A stretch of 64,000 nt of DNA, taken from NCBI GenBank assembly GCA_041906505.1, contig JAYRJB010000007.1, positions 18,964 through 82,963 on the forward strand, given 5' to 3'. A model generated the notes under the pieces. The model made no database searches. It was not told where the DNA came from and worked only from the letters and a program-made list of their open reading frames with translations. Origin of the DNA: Candidatus Saccharimonadales bacterium (lineage in GTDB: Bacteria; Patescibacteriota; Saccharimonadia; Saccharimonadales; 2-12-FULL-41-12). The first letter of the stretch is position 1; the number at the start of each line of letters is the position of its first letter. Below are positions 58,169-64,000 of this stretch, piece by piece. A program made the translations under genes and the position numbers.

Positions 58169-60075
58169 AAAAGATACGAATAGTACCACGCGAAGAATCA
58201 GCCTATGCACTCCCGATGGTGTTAATATTGGTTACAATCCTAACTGTCGTAGCCTATGCCACCTTACTTCAAGCAAACAACGGCCTTAACCTCGCCTACA
58301 AGCAAACCTATATTCAAGTTGCACGAATTGCCAGTAAGGCCGCGGTCGATTTTGCTCAAGAGCAGTTTGACAACAGCGCCTGCGGCAATTACACAGGCTC
58401 AGCAGAACAAGACCTTATTGCAAACGAACGTTATCGGGCAACTATAAAATCAGAAGTAATATCTACCTCGGCAGACGGCTACGAAAAAGTAATTAAGGGC
58501 ACTGGGAGTATCTATCTGCCAAAAGCATCCTCGACCGCAAAATACGTCTTTGATATTCGTTCTGAGATCGTTCGGACCTATGCAACTTGTAAAACACCAG
58601 ACAATTTTGCGCCCAAGCTGTGGCTCGATGCAAGCGACACCTCAACGTTAAAAAAGGTTGGCAGCAGCACAACCCCCCTCACACCAACTCCGTCAACCAC
58701 ATTTGTCAACGCGGCTGACTCCACCAGAGACACGCTGGAAGAAAGAGTAGATAATGGCGGGCAAACTACAAATTCGTGGCAAAGCAATGATTTTGAGATG
58801 CACACCTGCGACAGTACAGAGTTCAGCGCCTCAGTTTGTTCAACAAACAGCACAAAGTATTTATATAACGGCATGGTGTATTCGAATGTAAATATACCTA
58901 AAAATTCAACCATAACCAGCGCCACCATTACACTCGCCTGTACGACGCCTTCAGGAACAAGCGGGGCGCTTGCTTCAGATATATACGGCCTATATAAGTC
59001 TGCGGGTAATCCTCATATTGACCTTTTTACCTCAACAGGATCAAATCAACTCAAAACACCCATGACAACAAGTTCACTTCGAACAACCGCCAAAGCGTCG
59101 GTCAGCTCAAACAACTGCCCTCCAGGAAACAATACGGTTTTTGACGTAACAAATGTGGTTCAAGAAATGGTGAACAATTCTAGCTGGAACCCAACCGGAC
59201 CCGGAAATGGCGGGCGAATGGGGTTTGGGTTTGTTCGAACCAGCGGTAATGGCAGCAGGCACCTTTTAAAAGCTGGCAATTTGCTAAACATTTCCTATTC
59301 CACGACTACCGTTAACCCCGCAAATAACCTAGACTCTATTGGCATATGGCAAGACAAGTCGGGCAACAACAATCACGCTGTTTTTGCATATGGCACAGCA
59401 CCAACCAGACAAGACGGACAAATTAACTCAAAAACAGTGGTGAGATTTAACAATGGGGCACTCTTGAGTGCCCTTAATTCAGCAATTACAAACGGCAGGG
59501 AAATGACAGTTTTCGCAGTTTCAAAAGCAAATTACACTACCTCATCCAATGCCGGTCGCCTCATCACAGGCATGAGCTCAACCGGCACCAACGACACAAC
59601 CAGCGCGCAATCAATTATCCCGATTAGACGCGAAGGACTTAACAATGCGTTTGCCCATGTCTACTCTGGGTCGGTAAATACCAATAGTTATCTTTGTGGC
59701 GGCACCTGCGCATCGACCCCCTATATATACACCTCCGCTTTCTCAATAAACAGCACCAACAACACTATTACCGCAATCCTAAAGGGCAATGGATCACCAG
59801 TTGCGACCACAAACAATGTTTCACCAAGCACAGCCACACCACCTTATACATTTTCGATTGATCAGTTTTATATTGGTGGACGGCGCAATGGAACCATGGC
59901 AACTGGCAACGGACAAGACTATTTTAACGGTGATTATGCAGAAATTGTCGTGTATGACAAGGCGCTTACCTGTAGACAGATAGAAGCCCTGGAAGAATAT
60001 TTTCGAGCAAAGTGGAACATCAACACCTCGGCATATCCAACGACCTGTCCAGCTGATGTGATTCCCACCCTTTAA
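58165..60075 (+). CDS. PilX-like pilus tip protein fused to LamG-like/adhesin domains
   Basis: SA|YALPMVL hydrophobic N-terminus lacking E5; LWLDASD, WQDKSGNNNHA, IGGR, F.G..AEIVVYDKAL LamG-like motifs. Confidence 0.8.
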   Translation: MKKIRIVPREESAYALPMVLILVTILTVVAYATLLQANNGLNLAYKQTYIQVARIASKAAVDFAQEQFDNSACGNYTGSAEQDLIANERYRATIKSEVISTSADGYEKVIKGTGSIYLPKASSTAKYVFDIRSEIVRTYATCKTPDNFAPKLWLDASDTSTLKKVGSSTTPLTPTPSTTFVNAADSTRDTLEERVDNGGQTTNSWQSNDFEMHTCDSTEFSASVCSTNSTKYLYNGMVYSNVNIPKNSTITSATITLACTTPSGTSGALASDIYGLYKSAGNPHIDLFTSTGSNQLKTPMTTSSLRTTAKASVSSNNCPPGNNTVFDVTNVVQEMVNNSSWNPTGPGNGGRMGFGFVRTSGNGSRHLLKAGNLLNISYSTTTVNPANNLDSIGIWQDKSGNNNHAVFAYGTAPTRQDGQINSKTVVRFNNGALLSALNSAITNGREMTVFAVSKANYTTSSNAGRLITGMSSTGTNDTTSAQSIIPIRREGLNNAFAHVYSGSVNTNSYLCGGTCASTPYIYTSAFSINSTNNTITAILKGNGSPVATTNNVSPSTATPPYTFSIDQFYIGGRRNGTMATGNGQDYFNGDYAEIVVYDKALTCRQIEALEEYFRAKWNINTSAYPTTCPADVIPTL

Positions 60076-60146
60076 TTTAACGAAATCTGATATACTAAAC
60101 CCTATAAATAAGGCACAAGCTTAATTAAATAAAAACCCAGGGTGGC

Positions 60147-61214
60147 ATGCATACTTCATCACATTTCTACAAAGACAAACCATTGTTCGGGTTAGATATT
60201 GGTTTTAGTAGCGTCAAGGTTATCCAGCTTGAACCACACGGCAAGAAACAAAAAGTTGTTGGTTACGGCATTGGAAAATTTGATAGCAAAGCAGTGAAGG
60301 ATGGAGTTATCGTCGACTATGAACTTATTGCTCGTTCAATAAAAGAACTCTTCGAGAAAAATATTATTGGTCGAATAAATACACGGCGAGTAGCAATTAC
60401 CGTACCGGCAACCAGAACCTTCACCAGAACTATGACACTTCCCTCACTGGATGATTCCGAGCTAGAGGAAGCAGTTCGTTTAGAGGCCGAGCAATACATC
60501 CCTATGCCACTTGACGATCTTTATCTGGACTACAGTGTCATCAGAAAAGACGACAAGGGCGTTGAGCTTCTTGCAGTTGCGGCACCAAAAAACTTAATTG
60601 ACTCTAATGTCGCGCTCGCGGAAATACTTGGTCTCGAACCAATTGCGTTCGATACAAGCATTCTTGCCGCGGGGCGACTTTTTGAGAAACAGGATATACA
60701 TAATGATATTCCAGCCGTACTTATCGATTTTGGATCGGTTTCATCAGATATAACGGTGCACGACAAAACAGTCATTGTAACTGGAACTATTTCGTCTGGT
60801 GGCGATACCTTCACCGAACAAATTTCTGAAAAACTCAACATTTCCCATGCCGAAGCTCATGTTGTAAAGACAAAGTATGGACTTGGAAAGAGCAAGAAAC
60901 AAAAAGAGATAACTGAGGCGCTCAAGCCTTCGCTGGATAACCTAGTAAAGGAAGTCCAGAGAATGATTCGCTATCATGAAGAACGCTCTGGCTCAAAGCA
61001 AAAAATCGGACAAGTCATTACTATGGGAGGTGGGGCGAATATGCCTGGTTTGAGTGATTTCCTAACAAGCGCCATGCGTATTCCCGTTCGCATGTGTGAC
61101 CCATGGGAGAGCTTGGAGTTCAACAAGCTACAACCGCCGAGTCCGCTCGAAAAATCTATGTACGTAACCGTGGCGGGTTTGTCGCTTATTAGCCCAAAGG
61201 AACTGTTCGCATGA
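60147..61214 (+). CDS. pilM: Type IV pilus assembly protein PilM
   Basis: FGLDIG..SVK, EAEQYIP, LIDFG, GGGA..PGL motifs. Confidence 0.94.
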   Translation: MHTSSHFYKDKPLFGLDIGFSSVKVIQLEPHGKKQKVVGYGIGKFDSKAVKDGVIVDYELIARSIKELFEKNIIGRINTRRVAITVPATRTFTRTMTLPSLDDSELEEAVRLEAEQYIPMPLDDLYLDYSVIRKDDKGVELLAVAAPKNLIDSNVALAEILGLEPIAFDTSILAAGRLFEKQDIHNDIPAVLIDFGSVSSDITVHDKTVIVTGTISSGGDTFTEQISEKLNISHAEAHVVKTKYGLGKSKKQKEITEALKPSLDNLVKEVQRMIRYHEERSGSKQKIGQVITMGGGANMPGLSDFLTSAMRIPVRMCDPWESLEFNKLQPPSPLEKSMYVTVAGLSLISPKELFA

Positions 61215-61831
61215 TTAATCTTCTGCCTCCAGAACGCAAAGAAGACATCCGATTTGCGCGATACAATACCAGGCTTGCTGGCTGGACTACTGTTGCCATT
61301 TTTGCGTTAGTAGGCGTTGGACTCATAGTTGGGGGAGGGCTAGTTCTGATGAAACAATCAAGCAAAAACTTCTCCCGGCAGGTTGCAGAATCGAACCAAA
61401 AGCTCCAACAAGAAAATGTGGACGAAACCAAGAAGCGTGTCGATAGTATTTCAAGCAATACAAAACTCGTCGTCCAAGTTCTTTCCAGAGAAATACTATT
61501 CTCTAAACTCCTGCGACAACTTGGTGCATCGGTGCCAGCCGACACGGAGTTATTATCATTTCAAGTCGAAAAGCTTCAAGGAGGACTAACCCTCACTGCA
61601 GCTGCAAAAGATATCAATTCAGCAACACAGCTACAGCTAAATCTACAGGACCCCAAGAACAAAATTTTTGAAAAGGCTGACATCGAAAATATTAACTGTG
61701 CAGGTGCATCAAATGAGAGCAAAAAAAACCTTCCCTGCGTTGTCCAAATTCGGGCACTTTTTACAAAGAATAACCCCTACCTCTATATAACGCCGACTGG
61801 CTCAACCAACACCACGGAGAAAAAACCATGA
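61211..61831 (+). CDS. pilN: Type IV pilus assembly protein PilN
   Basis: INLLP motif, TM helix, coiled coil; follows pilM. Confidence 0.88.
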   Translation: MINLLPPERKEDIRFARYNTRLAGWTTVAIFALVGVGLIVGGGLVLMKQSSKNFSRQVAESNQKLQQENVDETKKRVDSISSNTKLVVQVLSREILFSKLLRQLGASVPADTELLSFQVEKLQGGLTLTAAAKDINSATQLQLNLQDPKNKIFEKADIENINCAGASNESKKNLPCVVQIRALFTKNNPYLYITPTGSTNTTEKKP

Positions 61832-62463
61832 AGCCTAAGAAGTACTTCTTCGTTATGCTAGGTGTTTTCTTGCTGCTTGTTGTGGCTATTTTGGGCGCAA
61901 CTGTCGGAGGCAACGCACTGCTACAAAAAGAGTCAAAAAAACTCACCGAGCTAAAGGTGCAAGACAAAGCTACTGAGCAACAAAAGTCTGCGCTCGCCCA
62001 AGCAAAGAAGGACATTGAAAAATACAAAGAACTAGAAACAATATCAAAAAGCATAGTCCCCCAAGACAAGGATCAAGCAAAAACTGTAAGAGAAATAACC
62101 AAAATTGCTGAAGAAAGCGGCATCCGGCTTAAGTCCTTTGTATTCCAAAGCTCAAACCTCGGCCAAGCTCCAGTTGCAGCTCCCAAGCCAGCCGAAGGCG
62201 AATCAAACGCCAGTACGCCCACGACCCCGGCTGCGCCACCCTTAAGTCAAGTGAAGCCCGTTGATGGAATTCCAGGGGTATACGCACTCGAGATTATTGT
62301 AAGTCCACAGGATAAGCAAAATATTTCCTATCAAAACTTTCTTACTTTTTTGGAGCGACTGGAAAGCAACCGCCGAACCGCCCATGTTGACAAAATCAGC
62401 GTAAGTCCTAATGAATACGGGGTAACCTTTTCGCTTACCTTAAAGGCGTACGTAAAGCCATGA
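61828..62463 (+). CDS. pilO: PilO-like protein
   Basis: TM helix and coiled coil, Y..F..FL..LE...R; position after pilN. Confidence 0.75.
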   Translation: MKPKKYFFVMLGVFLLLVVAILGATVGGNALLQKESKKLTELKVQDKATEQQKSALAQAKKDIEKYKELETISKSIVPQDKDQAKTVREITKIAEESGIRLKSFVFQSSNLGQAPVAAPKPAEGESNASTPTTPAAPPLSQVKPVDGIPGVYALEIIVSPQDKQNISYQNFLTFLERLESNRRTAHVDKISVSPNEYGVTFSLTLKAYVKP

Positions 62464-62759
62464 AGCTCGACACAAAAATACTTATCAAAAAAGCCAAAGA
62501 TCTTTTGGCAAAGTACAAAAAGTATTCTGGCTTTGTGTTTATTGTCATCATACTTGGACTATACTCATTTTTGGTATTCCAGATAAGTCGACTCACTCTC
62601 GCCGATCCCGCACCGTCTGCGGTTGACCAACAGGTGCAAAACACGGGAAGAATTAAGATCGACCAGGAATCAATCAATAAAATACAACAGCTCGAAGACC
62701 AAAGCGTTCAAGTGCAGTCGCTGTTTGAATCAGCTCGAGACAATCCGTTTCAAGACTAA
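62460..62759 (+). CDS. PilP-like short protein
   Basis: TM helix and C-terminal RDNPF motif; position after pilO. Confidence 0.65.
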   Translation: MKLDTKILIKKAKDLLAKYKKYSGFVFIVIILGLYSFLVFQISRLTLADPAPSAVDQQVQNTGRIKIDQESINKIQQLEDQSVQVQSLFESARDNPFQD

Positions 62760-62762
62760 TAG

Positions 62763-63422
62763 CTAGTTGTTGTCTTTGTGGGCATACTTCTGCTCATACA
62801 TCGCCCGGGCATCAAGTAGGGCTTTTGCGTAGGCATTGGGGTTGGGACAATAATGAAAAATAAAATTATTTTGCTCGCCCGCAGTTTCTATCTTGAGCGT
62901 GCCATAGTTAAAAAGTGTCGCGAATATCCCTTTCTGTTGAGCTGTAACATCCTCGACATTGCTCATTGAAAGCTCTGATACTTTTCGATTAAATAGTCCG
63001 ACTTGTAACACTTGCGTAATATTCTGGTCAGTCACAATCAGTTGATGAGAGTTGTAAATTCGCGTTGCCAATATCATGAAAACTATTCCAAATGCGACTG
63101 CCAACAACGCAAATAAATACACAAGGGCATTTGCGGCTGCTGAACTTAAGTTCAGCGACTCTAACACCCCGCCAATAAGAAAAAATATTAACCCAAGGCT
63201 TAGTAGCAGTCCCAGCGATATTTGCAAATATACCAGCAACAAACCAAAGGGATGCTGCCGCACATCCGCAACACGTACTTCATCATTATTTATGTTCTCT
63301 ATCTTGCCTGTAGGATCATAGACTGGCTGTCTTCGGTCAAAAGCCTTTGGAGTTACTTCGCTATCAACAGGAGCAGTTCTTGGCTCTTCGTTTGACGGCG
63401 ATGCTTCTTGGTTTGGTGGCAT
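62763..63422 (-). CDS. Membrane protein with a bacterial PH (bPH_2/YdbS-like) domain
   Basis: R.HP, two TM helices, IVTD, G.F.R, V.DV...Q.G....FNYG.L.IETAG. Confidence 0.85.
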   Translation of the reverse strand: MPPNQEASPSNEEPRTAPVDSEVTPKAFDRRQPVYDPTGKIENINNDEVRVADVRQHPFGLLLVYLQISLGLLLSLGLIFFLIGGVLESLNLSSAAANALVYLFALLAVAFGIVFMILATRIYNSHQLIVTDQNITQVLQVGLFNRKVSELSMSNVEDVTAQQKGIFATLFNYGTLKIETAGEQNNFIFHYCPNPNAYAKALLDARAMYEQKYAHKDNN

Positions 63423-63435
63423 GGTAATTGACGTA

Positions 63436-64000
63436 TTATATCAGCTTGGTTTGATCAGACTTTGCATTGATTGGAATATCGAAATGCTCATACGCTAAAC
63501 GAGTTGCCTTTCTGCCCCTCGGTGTTCGTTCTAAAAGTCCAACCTGCATTAAATATGGTTCAAAAAAATCTTCAATGGTGGTACGTTCGTCCCCCGTTAA
63601 AGCCGCCAAGGTTTCAACACCGACCGGACCACCGTGATGCCTTTCAATGAGGGTAATCAACACCTTTCTGTCAGCTGGATCTAAACCTAAACTATCTATC
63701 TCCATCATATCAAGCGCTTTTTTAGTAGTGGGGGCATCAATAATACCATCGCCATTCACGTCAGCGTAATCTCGAACCCTTTTTAGTAATCTGTTGGCAA
63801 TTCTCGGTGTTAGACGTGCTCTTTTTGCAAGATACAATGCCGAATCTCTATCAATTGGAACGCCTATTATTCCGGCCGCTCTCTCAATAATTTCTGCAAT
63901 CTCCTGGTCGCTATAAAACTCTAAACGATATTGGTGGCCGAATCGATCTCTTAGAGGAGCGGCCAGGGCGCCAGTTCTGGTGGTTGCCCCTATGATTGTA
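63436..64000 (-). CDS. ruvB: Holliday junction branch migration helicase RuvB (3' part; runs off the window)
   Basis: GATTR.G.L..PLRDRFG, TPRIANRLL.RVRD, GGPVG, EPYL.Q.G...RTPRGR motifs. Confidence 0.97.
   Translation of the reverse strand, partial: TIIGATTRTGALAAPLRDRFGHQYRLEFYSDQEIAEIIERAAGIIGVPIDRDSALYLAKRARLTPRIANRLLKRVRDYADVNGDGIIDAPTTKKALDMMEIDSLGLDPADRKVLITLIERHHGGPVGVETLAALTGDERTTIEDFFEPYLMQVGLLERTPRGRKATRLAYEHFDIPINAKSDQTKLI

Noticed and set aside
1-64000. CRISPR array, rRNA, transposase, integrase or prophage
   Set aside because: No regularly spaced repeat-spacer series, rRNA-like stretch or recognisable mobile/phage ORF was seen
1-64000. Alternative genetic code (TGA=Gly, as in Gracilibacteria/SR1)
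   Set aside because: Conserved genes are full length under code 11 and several end at TGA

Overview
A gene-dense chromosomal segment that looks like a Saccharibacteria (TM7, Patescibacteria/CPR) genome; this taxonomy is inferred from gene content and style, not from a search. It uses the standard code (TGA is a stop). Core genes include partial pcrA/uvrD, pyk-pgk-tpiA, a histidine kinase with a single-domain receiver, murD, murI, murB, an HTH-murA fusion, folD, glyA, pyrB, a DEAD-box helicase, rny-ymdB, tsaBE, recA-recX and partial ruvB. There are seven tRNAs, a complete type IV pilus locus, and a compact respiratory module (NDH-2, FAD-linked oxidase, cyoABCDE). An accessory membrane-protein island carries a heliorhodopsin, VKOR, a TreT-like glycosyltransferase, a TetR with a tandem palindromic operator and a fasciclin. 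The most unusual non-coding signal is a pair of ~180-bp multi-hairpin elements beside tRNA-Glu and tRNA-Lys. Each is bounded by a duplicated fragment of its tRNA, and they share a 17-nt hairpin (AACTGCCAC[C/T]GGCAGTT). Other points of note are a His98-to-Thr change in the CyoB quinol site, a recurring GCTWRTGCTT-like promoter motif, many apparently leaderless genes, and an RBS-sequestering leader on the DEAD-box gene. No CRISPR array, rRNA, transposase or integrase was seen.
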